Source: a virus | Taxonomy: Duplodnaviria; Caudoviricetes | IMG/VR virus record: IMGVR_UViG_3300035660_000038 | Location: 1 to 37,773 of that record | Length of the DNA stretch: 37,773 nt | Direction: 5' to 3' (one strand) | Shown: positions 1-7,040 of the stretch, piece by piece | Layout: every line of letters begins with the position of its first letter | Numbering within the stretch: position 1 is the first letter of the stretch | Translations under genes and position numbers: made by a program | The notes under the pieces: model-generated | The model's database searches: none | Seen by the model: only the letters and a program-made list of their open reading frames with translations | What the model was told of the DNA's origin: nothing

Positions 1-49
1 ATATATTTACTATAAAATATTTAGCTCTAAAAATAATACACTTTTTTTG

Positions 50-84
50 AGGGCAGTTTTAGACCTCCGAAAAACTGCTTCCCC
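50..84. other. Inverted repeat/hairpin in AT-rich non-coding DNA
   Basis: gggcagtttt-agacctccga-aaaactgcttccc; the core GCAGTTTT/AAAACTGC pairs perfectly. Confidence 0.5.
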
Positions 85-514
85 ATGTTATATTTATATA
101 TTCTTTTCTATCTTAAAATATTACAATGTTATTTTATCATCGTTTAACTGTGTTAAACATTATAATTTCCCGATATTTATTACAGCTATATGTACCAACG
201 GTTTCCGAATAAATTTGAAATATTTTGATTCTCTAGATAAAAGTAAAAAAAATACTATTTTTTATCTTCAGGAATAAATTATAATTAAATTATAAAGTTT
301 AAATAATATAATATATATATAGTATATATATACATATATATATAATAATAAAAGATAAAAGAATATAAACTCTGAGAGTATTGATAAACAATACTTCTTT
401 ATATATGTATATGAATAGAATATTTCAAACTTATTAATATAATTTAGAGCATTGTTTTTAGTATGGTATATTTTATAATAATAGAGATTTTATATTTTAG
501 TGTAAAACTTTCCT

Positions 515-557
515 AAAAAAGAAGAGGGGTTATTTTTGTTTTTAGAAAAATAACCCC
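515..557 (-). terminator. Rho-independent terminator closing the leftward small-ORF operon
   Basis: 12-bp perfect stem ggggttattttt (526-537) / aaaaataacccc (546-557), followed on the minus strand by a T-rich tail, just downstream of the last leftward ORF. Confidence 0.75.
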
Positions 558-581
558 TTACTCCTTTAAGATAATAATACA

Positions 582-650
582 TTATTGTTCTTCAAATTCT
601 CTTTGTAAAATATTTCTGAATACTTTTCTCAATTGCTCTTCCTTAGTCAT
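582..650 (-). CDS. Putative 22-aa microprotein (MTKEEQLRKVFRNILQREFEEQ)
   Basis: Read manually; strong SD AGGAGGT upstream of ATG; not in ORF track. Confidence 0.4.
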   Translation of the reverse strand: MTKEEQLRKVFRNILQREFEEQ

Positions 651-731
651 ATTTTACCTCCTTTTCCTTTTTTAGACCTTCAAAAACCCTCAAAATTTTG
701 ATTCCTTTCAATGTTGCCTTATGATTGTACC

Positions 732-941
732 TTACTTTAAGTCATATTCATAAATAACTTTTTCATTCTTGATCGCTAAATAATGGTTATTGATATAAGG
801 AAAATCGTAGCAATAAAATTTATTTAATATCTCTTGCAATAATAGGATTATATTCCAATCTTCTACCCGACGATATTTTTTATATAATCCTACATACCAT
901 TTATACTTATTCAATAACCATATTTCTATTTTCTTTTTCAT
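732..941 (-). CDS. Hypothetical phage protein
   Basis: ORF track; SD AAGGAGGTGA upstream. Confidence 0.7.
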   Translation of the reverse strand: MKKKIEIWLLNKYKWYVGLYKKYRRVEDWNIILLLQEILNKFYCYDFPYINNHYLAIKNEKVIYEYDLK

Positions 942-996
942 TATTAATCACCTCCTTTATTCCTTTATTCCTTATCAATATAACTTTAAGTTATAG

Positions 997-1020
997 ATAG
1001 CCTACCTAAAAGCAGGCTAT
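997..1020 (-). terminator. Intergenic stem-loop (possible terminator/processing site)
   Basis: atagcct-N10-aggctat inverted repeat immediately after the stop of 1029..1289. Confidence 0.45.
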
Positions 1021-1028
1021 TTCGGAAT

Positions 1029-1289
1029 CTATTTATTCAGGTTGGTTAGGATATATTTGCCAGTTTCGATTCTAGTTTTAACTTCAATGGTATCAGTATT
1101 ACCTAAAAATCTATTTAGGTATTTAGTGGTAGTTCGGCTATAATCCCAGGTATTTTTATCCAGGTATATTTTACCATTAGATTTTAGGGCAATAATAGAA
1201 TCATAGCTTTGAAAATAAACTCCTTTGTTTGTTTCGATAATAAACTGATCCTTAGCTCCTTCAAAATTAGAGACTTTGACGTGTAACAT
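1029..1289 (-). CDS. Conserved-type small phage early protein (FQSYDSIIA...WDYSRTT motif)
   Basis: ORF track; SD GGAGG; motif resembles a widespread small phage hypothetical family. Confidence 0.8.
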   Translation of the reverse strand: MLHVKVSNFEGAKDQFIIETNKGVYFQSYDSIIALKSNGKIYLDKNTWDYSRTTTKYLNRFLGNTDTIEVKTRIETGKYILTNLNK

Positions 1290-1490
1290 TTATAGACCCT
1301 CCTTTTTTAAATATTCATAATAAGATTTTAATATATTCTTTTGTTTCAACGTTAATTTTAGAAACCATTCATTTAATTTATGATGCTCTTCTTTTTCTAT
1401 ATAGTATTCAGGTGATAGTATCATATTATTCTTTTCAATTTCCTCTAATGAAACAGTAAAACATAATGGGTTTTTAGATATAATTTTCAT
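1290..1490 (-). CDS. Hypothetical phage protein
   Basis: ORF track; SD GAGGAGGT; abuts next gene. Confidence 0.7.
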   Translation of the reverse strand: MKIISKNPLCFTVSLEEIEKNNMILSPEYYIEKEEHHKLNEWFLKLTLKQKNILKSYYEYLKKEGL

Positions 1491-1504
1491 TTAATTAAAC
1501 CTCC

Positions 1505-1687
1505 TCAGATTTTCATAAAATAAGTAAATTCGTTAGTAAAAATATTCTGATGATCAAGTAACTTATAATTTAGATGTACTCTATTTTGTTTTAAGCCAGT
1601 AAACATTTCCAGGTCTTTAATAAGGTCTAAAAACTTTATAGTCTTACAATGAAATGGTGCATAATTATCTTTTTTAATTATTAACAT
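1505..1687 (-). CDS. Hypothetical phage protein (start revised to MLIIKK)
   Basis: Track ORF 1505..1717; ATG at 1687 follows AGGAAGGG and avoids overlap with 1701..1874. Confidence 0.55.
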   Translation of the reverse strand: MLIIKKDNYAPFHCKTIKFLDLIKDLEMFTGLKQNRVHLNYKLLDHQNIFTNEFTYFMKI

Positions 1688-1700
1688 TTTAACCCTTCCT

Positions 1701-1874
1701 TTATTTAATAGCCTCATACCAATAAATAGATTGAATGCCTGAATCAGGATAATGATAAACTCCTACTTTTACAGTCCAGTTATTTTTTCTTAATTCTTTG
1801 ACTGCAATATTTCTGTTTTTTGCGTTTCTAAAAGTATCGTTTTTATGCTTTTTCCCATTGGTGTAAATATTCAT
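1701..1874 (-). CDS. 57-aa hypothetical protein (MNIYTNGKKH...)
   Basis: Read manually; SD AGGAGG at 1885-1890; below track cutoff. Confidence 0.65.
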   Translation of the reverse strand: MNIYTNGKKHKNDTFRNAKNRNIAVKELRKNNWTVKVGVYHYPDSGIQSIYWYEAIK

Positions 1875-1957
1875 TTCGGTTTGACCTCCTTATATTAAGA
1901 TTGAATTGGTTATACAGAAGAGGGGAAGGCTAGATAATTTTCCCCCTTCCTTGCCCT

Positions 1958-2146
1958 CTACCTATTCTTTTCGACAATTTTATCTAGTAATGATTCAATT
2001 TTCCCTCTTAAATATATTAATGTTATTAAAGAGCCGAATTGTTCATCATCGTTTTTTAATTGCCCTTTTTTTCTTAAAATACCAGCGATATTATCACATA
2101 ACATATTTTTTATTTTATGAATAATAATATCTTTTTTCATATTCAA
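1958..2146 (-). CDS. Hypothetical phage protein
   Basis: ORF track; SD AAGGAGAGAGG upstream. Confidence 0.65.
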   Translation of the reverse strand: MNMKKDIIIHKIKNMLCDNIAGILRKKGQLKNDDEQFGSLITLIYLRGKIESLLDKIVEKNR

Positions 2147-2162
2147 AAACCTCTCTCCTTTT

Positions 2163-2339
2163 TTATTTATTCTTTTCTTTGTAATTTACAAAATCTTGAT
2201 ATGTTTCTTTAGCCGGATGCGATCTTAAGTAAGATAACCATAATTCATAATTCTCTTTTTTCATTTTATACTCATTATGATTAGTTACTACATCCTTGAG
2301 ATATTCATTATACTTTATTTTCATTGCTTCTGATAACAT
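2163..2339 (-). CDS. 58-aa hypothetical protein (MLSEAMKIKY...)
   Basis: Read manually; SD AAAGGAG upstream. Confidence 0.65.
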   Translation of the reverse strand: MLSEAMKIKYNEYLKDVVTNHNEYKMKKENYELWLSYLRSHPAKETYQDFVNYKEKNK

Positions 2340-2449
2340 TTGATTAATCTCCTTTCTTATTCTTTACTTATTCTATTCCCCAAAAGATTATATTTTAGAC
2401 ATCATTATGAAATATATTTTATCTTTTGTTATAAATACTTATACGATAA

Positions 2450-2465
2450 TGTTCCACGTGGAACA
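2450..2465. promoter_or_regulatory. parS: parS centromere-like site (ParB/Spo0J binding)
   Basis: TGTTCCACGTGGAACA, a perfect palindrome (18 bp with flanks, 2449-2466) of the bacterial chromosomal parS family (consensus TGTTNCACGTGAAACA); intergenic. Confidence 0.85.
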
Positions 2466-2474
2466 TAATTTATA

Positions 2475-2681
2475 TTAATAAATCTCACCATTAATCATAA
2501 CTTTATGGCTATTTTTTAGATAACTTTGTAAATTTGATTCTTTTTCTTCTTTAAGAAGTGTTTTGTAACTATTTCTGGTTAGCCAACCATAAAACTGCCC
2601 ATTACAGAAAACTTTGTAACATGTACCTTTAGCCAGAGTGTTTTTTATTATTCTTTTAGAAGTTAAATCCATAATATACAT
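2475..2681 (-). CDS. Hypothetical protein, first gene of leftward operon
   Basis: ORF track; SD AAGGAGG. Confidence 0.7.
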   Translation of the reverse strand: MYIMDLTSKRIIKNTLAKGTCYKVFCNGQFYGWLTRNSYKTLLKEEKESNLQSYLKNSHKVMINGEIY

Positions 2682-2778
2682 TTTATAATCCTCCTTTTCT
2701 TTTATTTTACTTACTAACTACCTTATACGACATCGACCTTTTAAATTCCTGCAAACAAACGTTTTATTTGCAAAGAAA

Positions 2779-2875
2779 AGCAAGATAGTGCCTAACTATT
2801 TTAAGAAGCAGGGAAAAATAAGGGTTTATGTAAGGTCGAAAAAGATAGGTTAGCAAGAAAGTTCCTAACTATTTT
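2779..2875. repeat. Two 24-bp direct repeats (22/24 identical), 73 bp apart
   Basis: agcaagatagtgcctaactatttt (2779-2802) and agcaagaaagttcctaactatttt (2852-2875). Confidence 0.75.
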
Positions 2876-2889
2876 GAAAGATTGCAAGG

Positions 2890-3145
2890 ATCGGCTCAAC
2901 CCGGTTAGACCAAGTGAATTATAGCGGAAGTAAAACCTTATTTCTCTGCCTGGCGTTAGACCGGTTGCTTTGTCCTGAGAGAGGATTACTTAGTCCGGGC
3001 AAAGGAAGCAATTTAAAGGGTATAATTTTAGAGATTTAGGCTATTACCTGCTTGCATCAGGCAGGTAGAAGCATTGGTTGCTCTTAATAAAAGGAAGGAT
3101 AGTCTAACAATAGAAGAGCCTTACAGATTGCTAAGGTCTATTGCT
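2890..3145 (+). ncRNA. Candidate structured non-coding element
   Basis: Locally GC-richer, no credible gene; several hairpins (2968-3004, 3045-3067, 3108-3143), the first two with G-U pairs on the + strand. Confidence 0.3.
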
Positions 3146-3263
3146 TATGATTGAAAAAGAAGAGACCCCGCCAACCCCCCATGCCACCCCTATATTATAG
3201 TATATGTCCCTCTCCCAAACTGCTTTAATTTTTACATCATATAATATATATTACAATATGATA

Positions 3264-3292
3264 TTGACATATCTCCAAATATAATATATCAT
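3264..3292 (+). promoter_or_regulatory. sigma70-type promoter
   Basis: TTGACA-N17-TATCAT. Confidence 0.75.
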
Positions 3293-3314
3293 ATATAGAA
3301 AGAGGTGATATGTA

Positions 3315-3515
3315 ATGAGCAAATATCTCGAATTTGCTACAATAGAAGAGAAAAAAACAAAAATCATTGGAGTATGGTCTAAAAAGAATGGAGATAGACT
3401 CGGATTGATTAAATGGTTTGGTAGATGGAGGCAATATGCTTTTTTCCCCGAAACTGAAACTTTATTCAATGTAGAATGTCTTAATGATATTCAATCTTAC
3501 ATAAGTGAATTGTAA
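3315..3515 (+). CDS. Small phage hypothetical protein (LGxIKW...WRQY.FFP motif)
   Basis: ORF track; SD GAGGTGA; own promoter. Confidence 0.8.
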   Translation: MSKYLEFATIEEKKTKIIGVWSKKNGDRLGLIKWFGRWRQYAFFPETETLFNVECLNDIQSYISEL

Positions 3516-3520
3516 TAAAT

Positions 3521-3748
3521 ATGAATAATTTAATCAAATATATATTAAATCTAACTGATGATACTTCCAAATGGTCTTATATTAATCGCAAAGGAAAAGT
3601 TATAATATGTACTAAAAAGCAATTTTGGTCTTATATTAAAAAAAGAAAAATTAACCACGAAAAAATAATGAAAAAGGCTATAGATACTTTATTTGCTCCT
3701 TTTTCACTTTATTACAGAGTAAAAAACAAAAAGAAACCTTTTATATAA
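3521..3748 (+). CDS. Hypothetical basic protein
   Basis: ORF track; weak SD. Confidence 0.5.
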   Translation: MNNLIKYILNLTDDTSKWSYINRKGKVIICTKKQFWSYIKKRKINHEKIMKKAIDTLFAPFSLYYRVKNKKKPFI

Positions 3749-3762
3749 TATATCATACTATA

Positions 3763-3791
3763 TTGACATATATTAATCTGTAGTATATAAT
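3763..3791 (+). promoter_or_regulatory. sigma70-type promoter, perfect consensus
   Basis: TTGACA-N17-TATAAT. Confidence 0.85.
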
Positions 3792-3808
3792 AATATAAGA
3801 GGTGATAT

Positions 3809-4093
3809 ATGTTATCCATAAAAGTTGATATAAATAATATAGAAGAAATAGTAAACTGTTTCAATATACTTATCTATAATTACGTAGAAAAGGGTAATGA
3901 CCTGAATAATGCTATAATATTAGTTCCTTCTAAAATTTATAAGATTATGACAAAAAGGTGTAACAAAGAAGAAATCAAAGAAGGAGTAGGTATAAAAAAT
4001 GCACATTTTGGATGGGTTAGATTAATTAAAGACATAAATCTGAAAAACAAATGTATTATTATTGATAAGAAGTTTTTTAATCTCCCCTGTTAA
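3809..4093 (+). CDS. Hypothetical protein
   Basis: ORF track; SD GAGGTGA. Confidence 0.7.
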   Translation: MLSIKVDINNIEEIVNCFNILIYNYVEKGNDLNNAIILVPSKIYKIMTKRCNKEEIKEGVGIKNAHFGWVRLIKDINLKNKCIIIDKKFFNLPC

Positions 4094-4143
4094 TAACTCT
4101 TTTCTTTTTATTCTTATGTATTAAAGATATTGGAGGAAAAAAT

Positions 4144-4860
4144 ATGAATAAAATAGGTTGGTGCGATTTAACCTTTAATCCTGTCTGGGGTTGCAGGAAT
4201 GATTGTTCATATTGTTATGCAAGAAAAATAGCAAGTTTTCGATATAATCAAATGGCTGATAAAGAATACAAATATATGTATTACAAAGATGAGATATGTC
4301 GAGGAGAATTTGCAAATAGATTAAGACATTTTGTTCCTACCTTTATAGAATCTAATTTTAATAAGAAATTCCCCAAAAAAACCCAACGGATATTTGTAGG
4401 ATCTATGAGTGAAATTTATTATTGGAGAAGGGAATGGGTGGAAGAAGTAATAGAAAAGATAAAACAATATCCTCAACATACTTTCCAATTCTTGACTAAA
4501 TATCCTCGGATATATTCAAAGTATGTACTTCCAAATAATTGCTGGTTGGGAATGACCATAACAAAGGAAGAAGATGTAGATAAAAATTGGGGATATTTTT
4601 ACAATGAAAATAATAGGTGTTTTTTCTCTGTCGAACCTTTTTTGGATAGGATCAATCCTGAATCTTTGGAATGTATAGATTGGGTGATAATCGGAGCCGA
4701 AACTGGCAATAGAAAAGGTAAGATTATTCCTAAAAGGGAATGGATTGAAGAAATAATCAATTTTTGTAGGAATAAAAATATCCCATTATTTTTAAAAGAC
4801 AGCATATATAAAGGTTATCCCGATTTGTCAATTATGAAGGAGTTTCCCAATGGCAGTTGA
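4144..4860 (+). CDS. DUF5131 / phage Gp37Gp68-family radical-SAM-like protein
   Basis: KIGWCD.TFNPVWGC, CxxxCxxCYA, IFVGSMSE, HTFQFLTK, SVEP, IDWVIIGAETG, IPLFLKD motifs. Confidence 0.9.
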   Translation: MNKIGWCDLTFNPVWGCRNDCSYCYARKIASFRYNQMADKEYKYMYYKDEICRGEFANRLRHFVPTFIESNFNKKFPKKTQRIFVGSMSEIYYWRREWVEEVIEKIKQYPQHTFQFLTKYPRIYSKYVLPNNCWLGMTITKEEDVDKNWGYFYNENNRCFFSVEPFLDRINPESLECIDWVIIGAETGNRKGKIIPKREWIEEIINFCRNKNIPLFLKDSIYKGYPDLSIMKEFPNGS

Positions 4861-4887
4861 GAATATATAAATTCTTATCCTATACTA

Positions 4888-4915
4888 TTGACAAATATAA
4901 TATAAGTATTATAAT
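4888..4915 (+). promoter_or_regulatory. sigma70-type promoter
   Basis: TTGACA-N16-TATAAT. Confidence 0.7.
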
Positions 4916-4947
4916 AAGTTATAATATAGAGAAAGGAGGGAATATAG

Positions 4948-5262
4948 ATGTATATAGCAATTCTCATCTTATACCTGATAGCAGGTATTATATCTCTTAT
5001 TTTATGGTTTAGTATAGATACTCTGAAATACAGTACAAATTGTGATAAGGTTGATTTACGATATATTAAGGATGATATTAAACATCTAAGGAGAAGATTA
5101 TTTGATGTTGATAATCTATATGCTAATGATATACATAATACCCGCAGACCTAAAGTAGATATTCTATCCGATAAAATGGATGAAGTCATAAAAGATATTT
5201 GGGAAGAAATTAGTGGATTTGAAATTAGAATTAATAAATTAGAGAAAAAAAAAGGAGTGTGA
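4948..5262 (+). CDS. Membrane-anchored coiled-coil hypothetical protein
   Basis: N-terminal hydrophobic helix, helical remainder; SD AAGGAGG. Confidence 0.75.
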   Translation: MYIAILILYLIAGIISLILWFSIDTLKYSTNCDKVDLRYIKDDIKHLRRRLFDVDNLYANDIHNTRRPKVDILSDKMDEVIKDIWEEISGFEIRINKLEKKKGV

Positions 5263-5267
5263 TTTGA

Positions 5268-5660
5268 ATGCCAAAATGTAGCACTGGAATTGTATATAAT
5301 GATACTACTTCTGGAACTTCTTGGACTTATGAACAAATGCCAGTAACTATACCTTACGTTAGTCCATTAGCGCCTTATGGTGAACAATGTAAACAAGAAA
5401 GGAGTGATAATATGCGATACTTATATTATGTGATTTTAGTCAATCCAAAGAATGATGATTTCTTTACCATCAAGGTTGTTGCTAAATCTGAAACTTCTGC
5501 TCTTGCTCTTATGGAAGCATACAATAAGAGTCAATTTAAAACACCAATTGATGCAATAAAGTATGATGACTTAAAAACTAATTGTAAGGTTCTTATGGAA
5601 TGGAAGGAAGAAGATTCATTAAAAAAAGCTATCGAAACTATAAAAAAGGCAGTGGAATAA
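5268..5660 (+). CDS. Hypothetical protein; second in-frame start at 5412
   Basis: SD-like AAGGAGTG before both ATG 5268 and ATG 5412. Confidence 0.7.
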   Translation: MPKCSTGIVYNDTTSGTSWTYEQMPVTIPYVSPLAPYGEQCKQERSDNMRYLYYVILVNPKNDDFFTIKVVAKSETSALALMEAYNKSQFKTPIDAIKYDDLKTNCKVLMEWKEEDSLKKAIETIKKAVE

Positions 5661-5681
5661 TATACCATAGGGGGGTATGAT

Positions 5682-5936
5682 ATGTTAATAAATGAAGTAT
5701 TCGATAAAAAATTGAAGAAACCATTGGAAGTTAAAATAAAACATTATTATATTGTTACTAATGACAATCTTGATTTATATGGAAAAGGAGATACTGAAGT
5801 AGAGGCAATCAAAGATTTTAAACTTGCTTTAATGGATATATATGAAACTTTGATAATAGATAAACCATATATTAAAAATTTGAGATCCTGTAAGAAATTA
5901 TATAAAAAATGGGAAGTTTATTTCGATTTCAAATAA
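5682..5936 (+). CDS. HicB-like fold protein
   Basis: YIVT..DL..YGKGDT.VEAIKDF pattern typical of the HicB N-terminal partial RNase H fold. Confidence 0.55.
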   Translation: MLINEVFDKKLKKPLEVKIKHYYIVTNDNLDLYGKGDTEVEAIKDFKLALMDIYETLIIDKPYIKNLRSCKKLYKKWEVYFDFK

Positions 5937-5956
5937 GAAAGGAGTGTGATTATGAT

Positions 5957-6127
5957 ATGTATCTTACTGTAAAAGAATTAGCTGAAAGACTGAAGGTAAA
6001 ACCTGTTACTATCTATAAGTGGTGCAGGGAAGGTTATTTCGATATTGCCAAGATTAACTTATCTGGAACGATTAGGTTTGAAGAAAATAAGTTAGAAGAC
6101 TGTTTCGATAAGTTGAGAGCAAGATAA
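5957..6127 (+). CDS. Excisionase/MerR-like HTH (HTH_17) DNA-binding protein
   Basis: YLTVKELAERLKV.PVTIYKW..EG...KI..SGTIRF; start revised to ATG 5957. Confidence 0.85.
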   Translation: MYLTVKELAERLKVKPVTIYKWCREGYFDIAKINLSGTIRFEENKLEDCFDKLRAR

Positions 6128-6130
6128 TTT

Positions 6131-6643
6131 ATGGATAAAAAATTATCCGAACATTTCAATTATTCTGAATTTAGGTGTCCCTGTGGCAAATGTCCTGATA
6201 TTGAGGTTGACCATAGTCTAATTGCAGGATTGGAAAAGTTAAGGATATGTAACCACCAACCGATTTATATTGCCAGTGGGTTAAGATGTAAGAAATATAA
6301 TGATAGTATAGGTGGTTATGACACCTCCGAACATTTGTATGGTCTTGCCGCAGATATATATAATGAAACCTTGAAACCTTTTTATCTTAAAATAAAAAAG
6401 ATAAACCATTCTGCCCTTATTGAATTAATAACATTGGCAGAAACTGCCTTGAAGGTAGGGATAAGGAGAATAGGTTTATATCCTTTCTCTATGTTCCTGC
6501 ATTTAGATATGGCTAAACCTTCACCTTCTGTCTCTTGGATTAGACAGAAAAATGGTTTTTATTATTACTATAAAACTTTAGAAGAAGCCATTGAAGTTAT
6601 AGAAACTATGATGCTTTCAGATTATCCTGAAAAATTCTCTTGA
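6131..6643 (+). CDS. Peptidase M15A-family endolysin (Zn peptidase)
   Basis: HFNYSEFRCPCG, SGLRC..YN..IGG...SEHLYGLAADI, FLHLD. Confidence 0.9.
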   Translation: MDKKLSEHFNYSEFRCPCGKCPDIEVDHSLIAGLEKLRICNHQPIYIASGLRCKKYNDSIGGYDTSEHLYGLAADIYNETLKPFYLKIKKINHSALIELITLAETALKVGIRRIGLYPFSMFLHLDMAKPSPSVSWIRQKNGFYYYYKTLEEAIEVIETMMLSDYPEKFS

Positions 6644-6655
6644 AAGGAAAGGAAT

Positions 6656-6970
6656 ATGAAATTAGAAGATTTTTATTATAGAAAAGAAAAAAATGATACT
6701 TTTGTTGAAATTATTGCTCTTATACGTAAGAATAAAACAGGTGAGATAAGAGAATATAAAGATGAGTTATATTGGGGTAATTGGTATCGAAGTGAAGAAC
6801 CCTCTACTTTTATATGGGAAGATGGTAATTATTCTTGTGATTGCAATAGATATTTATTTTTTCAAAGAGTAAAAAATGAAAATGAAGATAATAAAAAATG
6901 CGGAGATGAATTATATTCAGTTAATTTAAAAAATCCTAAAAATAATGAGATATTTTATAAAGAATATTAA
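6656..6970 (+). CDS. Hypothetical protein with WEDGNYSCDCNR motif, copy 1
   Basis: ORF track; near-identical inverted copy at 35791..36105. Confidence 0.85.
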   Translation: MKLEDFYYRKEKNDTFVEIIALIRKNKTGEIREYKDELYWGNWYRSEEPSTFIWEDGNYSCDCNRYLFFQRVKNENEDNKKCGDELYSVNLKNPKNNEIFYKEY

Positions 6971-6975
6971 ATAAC

Positions 6976-7006
6976 TTGACAAATGAAATTATATATTGTA
7001 TATATT
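6976..7006 (+). promoter_or_regulatory. Possible promoter for packaging/structural operon
   Basis: TTGACA at 6976 followed by an AT-rich TATATA/TATATT 17-19 bp later. Confidence 0.45.
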
Positions 7007-7040
7007 AAGGGTAGTGCAATGCCATAGACGGAGGACTGCC

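Noticed and set aside
47-277. Track ORF of 76 aa on +
   Set aside because: TTG start without SD, low-complexity AT-rich sequence, runs through a hairpin; likely spurious
2421-2466. Micro-ORF MFHVEH... on minus strand
   Set aside because: Simply the translation of the parS palindrome; no convincing SD
2779-2875. Mini CRISPR array
   Set aside because: Only two imperfect non-palindromic copies, 49-bp spacer, no cas gene or typical repeat end
2893-2960. tRNA-like D-loop (GCTCAACCCGGTTAGAC)
   Set aside because: No T-arm GTTCRA, anticodon arm or acceptor stem
2968-3004. Hammerhead ribozyme (CTGAGAGA before a stem)
   Set aside because: Core does not match CUGANGA and the required GAAA after stem II is absent
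5957-6127. Evidence of an integrated prophage (excisionase)
   Set aside because: HTH_17 proteins are common regulators; no integrase, att-like junction or host genes visible
6656-6970. DGR template/variable repeat pair with 35791..36105
   Set aside because: Differences include C/T changes and run in both directions rather than being adenine-specific; no reverse transcriptase in window
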